From positions 5,696,001 to 5,760,000 of the forward strand of contig CBDBDQ010000005.1 of NCBI GenBank assembly GCA_965203905.1: 64,000 nucleotides of DNA. Direction: 5' to 3'. Below are positions 27,238 to 35,900 of the stretch, piece by piece. This DNA comes from Spirochaetia bacterium. Lineage in GTDB: Bacteria; Spirochaetota; Spirochaetia; SZUA-6; Bin103. The notes beneath the pieces are model-generated. The model ran no database searches, was not told the DNA's origin, and was given only the letters and a program-made list of their open reading frames with translations. How positions within the stretch are numbered: position 1 is the stretch's first letter; every line of letters begins with the position of its first letter. The translations under genes and the position numbers were made by a program.

Positions 27238-28485
27238 ATGATCACACCGCTGTTGCGGCTGGCCCTGCGCAACCTCGGCCGCCACCGCCGGCGCACGGCG
27301 ATCACCGCCGCGGCCCTGGCCGCCGGGGTCGCGCTGTTCATCTTCATGGATTCGATGTTGCGCGGGATGGATTCCGAGTCGCAGCGCAACCTGGTGTGGT
27401 ACGAGACCGGCGCCGGCCGCATCGTCAGCAGCGCGCAGCACGCGGAGCTGGAGCGTCCGGCACTGAAGCACGAGATCGTCGAGTATCGGCCGCTGCTCGA
27501 CGCGCTGGCGGCGCGCGGGGTGGCCGCGGCGCCCCGCATCCGCTTCGCCGGCGAGCTGTTCTTCGGCGAGGGCTCGCTGCCGCTGCGCCTGGTGGGTGTC
27601 GACCCGACGCTCGATCCCGAGGTGTTCCGGCTGCCCGGGAGCGTGCTTCCCGGCGGCGAGTACCTCGCGAGCGGGGTACCGGGACTGCTGCTCGGCGCCT
27701 TGACGGCCGCCGACCTGGAAATCGCCGTGGGCGACTTCGTCGAGGTGCGCACCCGGACCCGCCACGGCGCGGTGCAGACCCTGGAGCTGGAGCTGGTGGG
27801 TATCGTGAACAGCCCGAACCCCACCATCAACCGGGGTGTCGGCTTCCTGCCCCTCGACGTAGCCCAGTTCGACCTCGACCTGGACGGGGTCACGGAGATC
27901 TCTCTCGGCACGCAGCGCACCCGGTTCGGAGGTCCCGTCGAACGCGAGATCCGGCGCCTGAACGAGGACCTGGCAACCACCTTCCCCGACGTGGTGGCGG
28001 TAGGCTGGACCGACCTGGCGCGGGACTACCTGGCGTTGCTGGAGTCGGACAGCGCCGGCAACAGCATCATGCTGTTCCTCGTCTTCCTGATCGCCGCGGT
28101 GGGCGTGTCCAACACCATGCTGATCGCGGTGTACGAACGCATCCGCGAGTTCGGCACGCTGCGTGCCCTGGGCATGGACGACGCCGCGATTCGCGCCTCC
28201 ATGGTGCTGGAGGCGGGAGCGATCGGCCTGCTGGGGTCGCTGGCGGGGGTGGCGGCCGGTGCCGTCGCCACCTGGTGGCTGGTGACCTGGGGCATCGACA
28301 TGAGCGGATTGTACGGCGACATGAACATCGGCTACCGGGTGACCGGGATCTTCCGCGGTGCCTGGAACCCGGGCACCATGGTGGCTGCCGTGTGCTTCGG
28401 GGTAGCGGCCAGCATGGCGATTGCCCTGCTGCCGGCGCGCCGCGCGCTCAAGCTCGACATCGTGCAGTGTTTGCGCTACGAGTAG
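27238..28485 (+). CDS. FtsX/LolE-like ABC permease (close paralog of 24584..25927)
   Basis: Shares long identical blocks with copy 1: SQRNLVWYETGAGR, GELFFGEG, GYRVTGIFRGAWNPG, QCLRYE. Confidence 0.9.
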   Translation: MITPLLRLALRNLGRHRRRTAITAAALAAGVALFIFMDSMLRGMDSESQRNLVWYETGAGRIVSSAQHAELERPALKHEIVEYRPLLDALAARGVAAAPRIRFAGELFFGEGSLPLRLVGVDPTLDPEVFRLPGSVLPGGEYLASGVPGLLLGALTAADLEIAVGDFVEVRTRTRHGAVQTLELELVGIVNSPNPTINRGVGFLPLDVAQFDLDLDGVTEISLGTQRTRFGGPVEREIRRLNEDLATTFPDVVAVGWTDLARDYLALLESDSAGNSIMLFLVFLIAAVGVSNTMLIAVYERIREFGTLRALGMDDAAIRASMVLEAGAIGLLGSLAGVAAGAVATWWLVTWGIDMSGLYGDMNIGYRVTGIFRGAWNPGTMVAAVCFGVAASMAIALLPARRALKLDIVQCLRYE

Positions 28486-28562
28486 CCGCCGGCGCCGATG
28501 CCGCCGGCTTGGACAGGCCGCGACCGGCTTCGGTACCCTGCATGGAAGAAGGGGTGTTTTTG

Positions 28563-29318
28563 ATGATGCAGACCCGGCGATGGGCCCGCGGCGGCATGTT
28601 GCCGTCGCTGTTGTTGCTGACCGGCGCCGTTTCCCTCGGCGCCCTGACCGGTGCGGAAGTGATCGAGCGGATGGAGCGCAACGAGCGCCACTCCTCGGTG
28701 CACTCCACCGGCTCGCTGCAGATCAGCGACCGGTTCGGCACCCGCACCAAGACCTTCATCTCCACGGCGGTGGGCGACGACCGCTCCCTGCTGGAGTTCA
28801 CCAACCCGGAGGAGGCGGGGCAGAAGATCCTGCGCCTGGATGACGAGATCTATCTCTACTTCCCGGAGGCGGAGGAGGTGATCCACCTGCAGGGCGCGGC
28901 GCTGCGCGAAAACGTGCTCGGTTCCGACTTCTCGTACGAGGACATGACCGGCGAGAGCAGCCTGCTGGACGACTACGAGGTGGAGCTGGAGGGCACCGAG
29001 CCGATCGACGGCCACGACTGCTATCGGCTGCGCCTCACCGCGACCCGGCGCGACGTGGTGTATCCGATTCAGGTGGTGTGGATCGACGCCGAGCAGTTCG
29101 TCACTCGCCGCGTCGAGCAGTTTTCCCGGCGCGGCCGGCCGCTGAAGGAGATGATCATCTCCGACTACCGCGTGGTGGGAGACAAGCTGATCCCGGTGCG
29201 GCTGGAGATGTCCGACCTGATGAAGAAGGACTCGCGCACGGTGTTTCTGATCGATGCCATCGAGGTGGACATCGCGGTGGACGAGAGCCTGTTCTCCCTG
29301 GAGGAGCTGACTTTTTGA
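28563..29318 (+). CDS. Outer-membrane lipoprotein-sorting protein (LolA-like)
   Basis: Signal peptide, LLEFTNPEEAGQKILR, GSDFSYEDM, FSLEEL terminus. Confidence 0.85.
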   Translation: MMQTRRWARGGMLPSLLLLTGAVSLGALTGAEVIERMERNERHSSVHSTGSLQISDRFGTRTKTFISTAVGDDRSLLEFTNPEEAGQKILRLDDEIYLYFPEAEEVIHLQGAALRENVLGSDFSYEDMTGESSLLDDYEVELEGTEPIDGHDCYRLRLTATRRDVVYPIQVVWIDAEQFVTRRVEQFSRRGRPLKEMIISDYRVVGDKLIPVRLEMSDLMKKDSRTVFLIDAIEVDIAVDESLFSLEELTF

Positions 29319-30502
29319 ATCCTCGACGCGGCGAAAGGACGGTCGCGCGCGGCGCGAGGACGCTCGCGCACAGCGTTAGGACGCTCGCAACGTCGCTCCT
29401 GATAGGGCTGCTGGCAGCCGGCCTGGCGGCCGCGGATCTGCGCACCGCCGTGACCGTGGAGGCACTGCTCATCGGGCTGTCCGATCCGGACGCTGCGGTG
29501 CTGCTCGGCGCCGGCGGCAGTGCCCGGCTCGATGTGACGGCGACCGGCAATCGCGACGTGCGCGGCCGCCTCAGCCTGAACGCCGACCTGCGGCGGGAGG
29601 CGGGCGTGGATGCGGGAACGGCGTCGACCGTCGAGGTGGAGCGCGCCTTCCTGCGGGCGCGGCTGCCGGGGTTCCGCCTCACCGCGGGAAAGACGCGGCT
29701 GGCCTGGGGCCGGGGCCGCTTCTTCAACGCCGGCGACATCCTGTTCGGCCAGACGCCGGCGTTCGCGGCCGGCGCCGGCGAGTTCCTGACCGCCACCGAC
29801 TGGCTGCTGGCGGCGTACGTGCCGCTGGGCCGCCTGTCGTTCCTGGAGCTGGTGGCGCTGCCTCCGCTGGAGCCACTCGCCATCGGCCGTACCGACGCCG
29901 GCGGCCGTGCCGTGGTGCGCCTGGGAGAGCTGACGGTGGAGGGCGGATACCTGTACGCCGCGGCGGACGCGGCCACGCAGGGGCGCGAGCATCGCGGCTA
30001 CCTCAGCCTGAAGGGGGCGCTCGCCGGCGTCGACTGGCATCTGAGCGGCGGCACGGCGTTGCCCGCCACGGCCGGCGCCGACCTGCGCCGGGCCGCCGAG
30101 CGCCGGCTGCTCCTTACCGGTGGCGGCCTGGGATTCCTGGACCTCGGGCCGGAGGCCGGCGTCGTAACGGTGCTGCTCGAAGCCGGCGTCCGTCCCTGGC
30201 GGGCGTGGGACGACACCGCTCCCGCTCCGGCCGCGACGCTCGACCACTACGGCGTGTACCTGTTTCCCGAGCTGGGCTACCGTCCGGCCGACGCGTGGAA
30301 CCTGTCACTGAGCGGTGTGCTGTCTCCGGTCGACGGCTCCGGGGTCGCCGCCGCCGGCGCCACCTGGAACATCCTGCAAGGGCTTACGCTCGGCCTGTAC
30401 ACGGCCGTGATGTTCGGCGAGCGGGAGGATACCTTCGCCTGGGAGCGTTCGGGCGCAGTGGCCACTACCCTGCTCGCCCGCTACGTGTTCGGCTCCTCCT
30501 AA
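29315..30502 (+). CDS. Hypothetical secreted protein, probable beta-barrel
   Basis: Signal peptide, ERAFL...LTAGKTRLAWGRG.FFN..D motif, alternating beta strands, C-terminal ...RYVF; start uncertain (TTGA overlap). Confidence 0.65.
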   Translation: MNPRRGERTVARGARTLAHSVRTLATSLLIGLLAAGLAAADLRTAVTVEALLIGLSDPDAAVLLGAGGSARLDVTATGNRDVRGRLSLNADLRREAGVDAGTASTVEVERAFLRARLPGFRLTAGKTRLAWGRGRFFNAGDILFGQTPAFAAGAGEFLTATDWLLAAYVPLGRLSFLELVALPPLEPLAIGRTDAGGRAVVRLGELTVEGGYLYAAADAATQGREHRGYLSLKGALAGVDWHLSGGTALPATAGADLRRAAERRLLLTGGGLGFLDLGPEAGVVTVLLEAGVRPWRAWDDTAPAPAATLDHYGVYLFPELGYRPADAWNLSLSGVLSPVDGSGVAAAGATWNILQGLTLGLYTAVMFGEREDTFAWERSGAVATTLLARYVFGSS

Positions 30503-30611
30503 CGGCGTCGCTATCGGCCCAGCCGGGCCTACCGTACGGAATTCTTTCGGAGGGTGCCGCTGACGCGCCGTCCTACTATCGGCGGCGCTACCGGTGAGGT
30601 ATCCTGACGGC

Positions 30612-30935
30612 ATGGTTCATGTAATCGTCACCATGCAGGTGGAAGCTGGCCGCATGGCGGAATTTCTCACCGTGGCGCGCGAGCTGGCAGCGCTGGTGCG
30701 CGCCGAAGCAGGCTGTCTGCGCTACGAGTACACCGTGGACACGCCGTCCCCGCTCGCCATTCAGGAACCGATCGACGATCACCGGGTCACCCTGATCGAG
30801 CAGTGGGAGTCCGACGCCGCGCTGGAGGCTCATACCCGGGCGCCGCACATGAAGGAGTATGGTCCGATGCTGGCAGCTCTGCGTACCGGTGCCGTCAGCG
30901 CCCGCGTCACCCGCCCACTGCCAGACGATGAGTAG
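30612..30935 (+). CDS. Antibiotic biosynthesis monooxygenase (ABM / putative quinol monooxygenase)
   Basis: VRAEAGCLRYE, IEQWESDAALEAH..APHM. Confidence 0.9.
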   Translation: MVHVIVTMQVEAGRMAEFLTVARELAALVRAEAGCLRYEYTVDTPSPLAIQEPIDDHRVTLIEQWESDAALEAHTRAPHMKEYGPMLAALRTGAVSARVTRPLPDDE

Positions 30936-31863
30936 TACGCAAGGCCGACTCGGGCTGAGCGGGGTCATCCCGGCAACGTTCACGCCGTTTCGACCCGATG
31001 GCTCGCTGCACCTGGCGATGATCGCGCCGCTGGTGGAAAAGCTGATCGGCGATGGCGTCGGCGGGCTCTTCATTCTCGGCACCACCGGCGAGGGCAACCT
31101 GATGACCGTGCAGGAGCGCAAGGCCGCGGCGGAGGCGTTCATCGCCGCGGCGGCGGGACGGGTGCCGGTACTGGCGCACGTCGGCCACGCCAGCCTGCAC
31201 GCGGCCCGCGATCTTGCCGCCCACGCCGCCGCGGCGGGAGCGGACGCTCTGGCCGCGTTGCCTCCCTACTACCACAAGCCCGACTCGATCGAGGCCGCGG
31301 TGCGGGTCCTGGAATCGATCGCTGCCGCCGGCGGCGGCTTGCCGCTGCTCTACTATCACATCCCCCAGATGAGCGGCGTTGCGCTGGAACCTGCCGCGTT
31401 GCTGGAGGCCGCCGCCGAGCGAGTACCCACTCTGGCCGGAATCAAGTTCAGTCAGAACGACGTCACCCAGTTGGCGGCCTGCCGTGCGGCCGCCGGCGGC
31501 CGGTTGCAGGTGATGTGGGGAGTGGACGAATCGCTCCTCGCCGGCCTTGCCGCCGGAGCCAGGGGTGGGATCGGCAGCTCGTACAACTACGCAACGCCCC
31601 TGTACGCGCCGGTGCTGGGCTACGCGGCCGGGGATGGCGCGACCACGCTGGCTGCGGCGCAGACCGCCCAGGAGCGCTCGCGACGCATGCAGAGCCTGAT
31701 CAACGGCCGGGGCGGAGTCGCCGCGGCCAAGGCGCTGATGCCGGCCCTCGGCGTCGACTGCGGCCCTACCCGCCTGCCGCTGCTCTACCCCGATGCCGGC
31801 GCGCGCGCGGCGCTGCACCGGGAGCTGCGGCGGCTCGGCTTGTTCGACTGGCTGGGGCACTGA
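30928..31863 (+). CDS. DapA-family aldolase, probable N-acetylneuraminate lyase
   Basis: GTTGEG, YYHIPQMSG, GIKFS, WGVDE, GIGSSYN. Confidence 0.82.
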   Translation: MSSTQGRLGLSGVIPATFTPFRPDGSLHLAMIAPLVEKLIGDGVGGLFILGTTGEGNLMTVQERKAAAEAFIAAAAGRVPVLAHVGHASLHAARDLAAHAAAAGADALAALPPYYHKPDSIEAAVRVLESIAAAGGGLPLLYYHIPQMSGVALEPAALLEAAAERVPTLAGIKFSQNDVTQLAACRAAAGGRLQVMWGVDESLLAGLAAGARGGIGSSYNYATPLYAPVLGYAAGDGATTLAAAQTAQERSRRMQSLINGRGGVAAAKALMPALGVDCGPTRLPLLYPDAGARAALHRELRRLGLFDWLGH

Positions 31864-31885
31864 GGCGACCTTGGGGAGCGGACTC

Positions 31886-32344
31886 GTGGGCCGCATGGCG
31901 CGTGGCTACCTGGCGGTGTTGCGGGTGGTGGCGTTTGTCGGTGCCGTGGTACTGGGAGCGGCCGCCTGCGGGGTCGTCATTGCCGTTCCCCTGTGGCTGC
32001 TCGCCACCCGCGCCACCGGGGTCTACAACTGGCTCGTCGTCGCCGCTGCCGCCGGCCTGCTGGGCGCGGTCGTCGCGGCTCGACTCCTGCGGGGAGCGCG
32101 CCGGGCCCCCAGTGTGGCGCGCTACCTGCGCACCTGCGCCGCGGTCGCGGCGCAGGTCGCGGCACGGGGCGCGGGGGTGCTGATCGTCGTGCTGCTGGAG
32201 GTGGCCCTGTTCGTGAGATGGGGAACCGTGCCCGGAGTGCTGGCCCTGCCCGTGGCGCTGCTCCTGGTCGGGCTGCTCCTGTTCATATATCCGGCAGGGA
32301 CCGGTGCGGCGTCCATGCGCCAAAAACTGAGCCGGGAGAGTTGA
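31886..32344 (+). CDS. Hypothetical membrane protein
   Basis: Four hydrophobic segments; follows the operon orientation. Confidence 0.65.
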   Translation: MGRMARGYLAVLRVVAFVGAVVLGAAACGVVIAVPLWLLATRATGVYNWLVVAAAAGLLGAVVAARLLRGARRAPSVARYLRTCAAVAAQVAARGAGVLIVVLLEVALFVRWGTVPGVLALPVALLLVGLLLFIYPAGTGAASMRQKLSRES

Positions 32345-32370
32345 ACCGCGACCTGCGGGTAGCGTATACT
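32341..32370 (+). promoter_or_regulatory. Sigma70-type promoter
   Basis: TTGAAC-N18-TATACT. Confidence 0.65.
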
Positions 32371-32377
32371 CGCCTAT

Positions 32378-32560
32378 AGCGGAGTCTTGGGAAAGCGGGT
32401 TGCAGGGCGGTAGACCCGCGCCTTAGGTTTCGCCGGTCGCTGTCGATAATTAGGGTGTCGGTCGCAGGATTTAGTTCCCCTCCCAGTTTACTTCATTTTG
32501 CGCCGGCACCTGAAAGGGTAGGTCGGTCCCCCAACGCGGGGGCCGGCCGTTTTCTTTTTT
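32378..32560 (+). ncRNA. Candidate structured leader RNA or sRNA upstream of PBP1A
   Basis: Bounded by a promoter and a terminator; several G-U-containing stems; no known family recognised. Confidence 0.5.
32521..32560 (+). terminator. Intrinsic terminator ahead of PBP1A
   Basis: GGTCGGTCCCCC-AACGC-GGGGGCCGGCC followed by GTTTTCTTTTTT. Confidence 0.85.
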
Positions 32561-32597
32561 GGCTCCCGCGGGGGCGGGACTGACCCCTGGAACGCAA

Positions 32598-35081
32598 ATG
32601 CGCGGGCTGACCGGATCCTCGTTCAGCCGGGCGCAGGTTACCGTCTGCCTGCTGGTGGCGCTGGTGGTGGGAGCCGCCTGCGGCGTTGCCATTGCCGCTA
32701 CCGGCAACATTCGCAGCCTCGACGTGTATGAGCGCGACCGACCGGCGCTGCCCACCAGGATACTGGATCGTCACGGGCGCCTGATCACCGAGTTCTTCCG
32801 CGACCAGAAGCGCGAGATCATACGCGTCGAGGAGATCTCGCCCCACCTGATCCAGGCGTTGTTGACGCGTGAGGATCGGCACTTCTTCCAGCATCCCGGA
32901 TTCCGCATCCCGGACACGATCCGGGCGGCCTGGAACATGGTCAGCGGCCGCTTCTGGTCGGGCGGCTCCACCATCACCCAGCAACTCGCCGGCTCGGTCT
33001 ACGCCGATCGCACCGAGATCACCATCCGCCGCAAGCTGGTGGAGCTGTGGTGGGCGATCCAGTTGGAACGCTGGCTGACCAAGAACGAAATCCTGGAACG
33101 CTATCTCAACCTGGTGTACTTCGGGGAGGGGACCTACGGGGTGGAGGCCGCCTCCCAGTTCTACTTCAAGCACTCGGCCCGCGACGTGAGCGTGGCCGAG
33201 GCGGCGATGCTGGTGATCCAGCTCAACCGGCCGGGAGGAAACTCGCCGATCAACCACCCCAACCGCGCCCGCACGCTGCAGCGCGAAATCCTCGACCAGA
33301 TGGTGGAACTCGGTTTCGCCACCGCGGCGGAGGCCGACCGCTCCTTCCGCCAGTACTGGGACAACTACGACTTTACCCGATCCAACCGTTCCACCGCCTT
33401 CCTGGAACGCGCGGACGCGTCACCCTACTTCAGCGAATACGTGCGCGGCCGGCTGGACGAGCTGCTACTGGGCTCGATGGACGTGTATCAGGATGGTCTG
33501 ATCGTCCACACCACCCTCGATCTGGACTATCAGCGCGCCGCCGAAGCGGTGCTGACCAGCCATCTGCAGCGGGTCAACGATGCTCGCAGCACCGCGGCAC
33601 GGGCGCGGATCGAGGTAGCCGACGACAGTTTCCTGCCGCTCGTCGATCTGCTTTCGCTCACCTTCAACATCGACCACCTGCGGGTGGCGGGTATCCGCGA
33701 GCGCAAGCAGGGCACCGAGCAGTTCATCGGGGAGCTGGCCCCGGCACTCGATCTGCTGGGCATGACGCTCGATGCCGAGGACCTGCGCTTCGTTTCCCGG
33801 GCGGCCTACAGCCGCGGCGACAAGGAGTCGAAGCGCACTCAGGTCGAGGGTGCGCTGATCACCCTCGATGCCGGCAGCGGTCACATCCTGGCCATGGTCG
33901 GCGGCAGCAAGTTCGAGACGGGGAACCAGTTCAACCGCGCCACCCAGGGACGACTGCAGCCGGGCTCGGCGTTCAAACCGCTCTACTACTCGGCTGCGCT
34001 CAGTTCCCGCAGCTTCACTCCCGCCTCGATGATCGTCGACGCCCCGGTGGTGTTCGTGAATGACGATGGAACCCAGTACGTACCGCTGAACTACAAGGGA
34101 GAGTGGCAGGGACCGGTGCTGCTGCGCACCGCGCTGGCCCGTTCCATGAACGTGCCCTCGCTCAAGGTGCTGGACGAGATCGGCTTCGACGCCGCTATCG
34201 AACGCGCCAGCCGGATGCTGGGCATTTCGGCGGCGGACGAGATCGAGAGCACGTTTCCGCGCAAGTATCCGCTGGGCCTCGGCGTGATCGCGGTGTCGCC
34301 GCTGCAGATGGCGCAGGCCTACGCGACGTTCGCGAACGAAGGCAGGGCGGTCACGCCGCTCGCGATTCAGTACATCATGGACCGCAACGGACGGATGGTG
34401 CTGGAGGTGGAGAAGGAGCTGCGCGCCCGGCAGCGAACCGAACAGCGCGCGCGCCAGATCATGAGTCCGCAGGTGGCGTACATCATGACGCACCTGCTGC
34501 AGAGCACCGTACAGTGGGGCACCCTCCGCTGGGCCACCAGCTTGGTAGAAGGCTTCGAAACCGACACCGCCGGCAAGACCGGGACCACGCAGAACTGGTC
34601 GGACGCCTGGACCGTGGGCTTCACCCCGGAGCAGGCCACGGCCGTGTGGATGGGTTTCGACGAACGCGGCGAGACCCTGGGGCTGACCCTGACGGGCGCC
34701 ACGGCGACCGGTCCGGCGTGGTCCGAGTACATGAAGGCGATAGAGCCGGAACGAGCGCGCTACTTCGTACGCCCGTCGACCGGGTTGATCGAGGTCACCG
34801 TCAACGCCCACTCCGGGTTGCTCCCGTCCGGCGCGCCCGGGGAAGAGATCATTCCGGAGATCTTCCTTACCGGCACCGACCCCAAGGAACGGGATGGCAT
34901 GCTCGCGTACGAGACCGAGCGGCGTGCGGAGGTGATCGCGAACCTGCGCAGCTCCATGCTGGCCATCGACGTGGGGCCGCCGCTGGGCCTCGCCCTGGAT
35001 GCCCCAAGTCTGATTGCCGACGCCGGTTCGCCACCACAGCAGGGGACTGCGCTGCCGCGGAGGAATCCGCTGCTCGACTGA
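32598..35081 (+). CDS. mrcA: Penicillin-binding protein 1A (class A transglycosylase/transpeptidase)
   Basis: EDRHF, GGSTITQQL, QPGSAFKP (SxxK), SMN, GKTGTT. Confidence 0.92.
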   Translation: MRGLTGSSFSRAQVTVCLLVALVVGAACGVAIAATGNIRSLDVYERDRPALPTRILDRHGRLITEFFRDQKREIIRVEEISPHLIQALLTREDRHFFQHPGFRIPDTIRAAWNMVSGRFWSGGSTITQQLAGSVYADRTEITIRRKLVELWWAIQLERWLTKNEILERYLNLVYFGEGTYGVEAASQFYFKHSARDVSVAEAAMLVIQLNRPGGNSPINHPNRARTLQREILDQMVELGFATAAEADRSFRQYWDNYDFTRSNRSTAFLERADASPYFSEYVRGRLDELLLGSMDVYQDGLIVHTTLDLDYQRAAEAVLTSHLQRVNDARSTAARARIEVADDSFLPLVDLLSLTFNIDHLRVAGIRERKQGTEQFIGELAPALDLLGMTLDAEDLRFVSRAAYSRGDKESKRTQVEGALITLDAGSGHILAMVGGSKFETGNQFNRATQGRLQPGSAFKPLYYSAALSSRSFTPASMIVDAPVVFVNDDGTQYVPLNYKGEWQGPVLLRTALARSMNVPSLKVLDEIGFDAAIERASRMLGISAADEIESTFPRKYPLGLGVIAVSPLQMAQAYATFANEGRAVTPLAIQYIMDRNGRMVLEVEKELRARQRTEQRARQIMSPQVAYIMTHLLQSTVQWGTLRWATSLVEGFETDTAGKTGTTQNWSDAWTVGFTPEQATAVWMGFDERGETLGLTLTGATATGPAWSEYMKAIEPERARYFVRPSTGLIEVTVNAHSGLLPSGAPGEEIIPEIFLTGTDPKERDGMLAYETERRAEVIANLRSSMLAIDVGPPLGLALDAPSLIADAGSPPQQGTALPRRNPLLD

Positions 35082-35464
35082 TGGAACTACGTTACTCCCA
35101 CGATCATCATTGGGTACGGCGCGATTCGTTGCGGCGGGTCACCGTGGGCCTCTCCGACTTTGCGCAGCGGGAGCTCGGCGAGATCGCCTATCTCGAGCTG
35201 CCGGGGATCGGCATGCAGGTCGCAGCCGGGACCGCCGTCTGCGCCGTGGAGTCACTCAAGTCGGCGGGCGAACTGTACGCGCCGGTGACCGGGACCGTGG
35301 TGGAGTGCAATGCGGCGCTGGCGGCCGAGGGAGGCCAGGCGCTGATCAACCGGGATCCGCTGGGCGCGGGCTGGATCTTCGCCATGGAGATGGACGAACC
35401 GGCCGAGTTCGACCAGCTGTTGTCCGCCGCCGACTACGCTCGTCTCACCGCTACCGACCTCTGA
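35081..35464 (+). CDS. gcvH: Glycine cleavage system H protein
   Basis: YSHDHHWV, GLSDFAQRELGEI, VESLKSA (lipoyl Lys), IN.DP.G.GW. Confidence 0.9.
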   Translation: MELRYSHDHHWVRRDSLRRVTVGLSDFAQRELGEIAYLELPGIGMQVAAGTAVCAVESLKSAGELYAPVTGTVVECNAALAAEGGQALINRDPLGAGWIFAMEMDEPAEFDQLLSAADYARLTATDL

Positions 35465-35480
35465 CGCCGATACATAGAGT

Positions 35481-35873
35481 ATGGAAGTTCGCATCGACTC
35501 CGTAGTGGTGCGCAAACGAATTCGCTCCGATCTCGGCGACCTGGAACCGATGATGGACAGTCTGCGCCGTCACGGACAGCTCAACCCGATCCTGATCAAT
35601 CGCCGGTCCGAACTGATTGCCGGCCACCGCCGTCTCGAGTCGGCGCGGCGGCTGGGATGGACCAGCGTTCAGGCGGTAATGGTGGAGCACGTGAGCGATC
35701 AGCGCATGTTGGAGTTGGAGATCGAGGAGAACGTGCAACGCAGGCAACTCGACGCGGACGAGCTCGCCGCCGCCTTGCTGCGCCTGGAGCGGCTCCGGCA
35801 GCAGGGTTGCCTCCAGCGGGTGCTGCACCGGTGCGGCGACCTCTGGCGCCGGCTGCTGCTGCGCCGCGCGTGA
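35481..35873 (+). CDS. Stand-alone ParB N-terminal (ParB/Srx) domain protein
   Basis: S...HGQLNPI, LIAGHRRL, EENVQR. Confidence 0.88.
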   Translation: MEVRIDSVVVRKRIRSDLGDLEPMMDSLRRHGQLNPILINRRSELIAGHRRLESARRLGWTSVQAVMVEHVSDQRMLELEIEENVQRRQLDADELAAALLRLERLRQQGCLQRVLHRCGDLWRRLLLRRA

Positions 35874-35900
35874 TACGTAGTACCCCACGCGGTACGACTG

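Noticed and set aside
29358-29389. Short direct repeat AGGACGCTCGC x2 (also GCTCCGATCC x2 near 8551-8577)
   Set aside because: Two-copy micro-duplications with no further structure.
32448-32466. AATTAGGGTG resembles the start of a T-box sequence
   Set aside because: The following GTACCGCG-like part is absent, no Stem I motifs are visible, and the downstream gene is not amino-acid related.
32378-32494. Possible SRP (4.5S) RNA, tRNA or tmRNA
   Set aside because: No CAGG..GNRA..AGCA domain IV and no tRNA-like arms were found.
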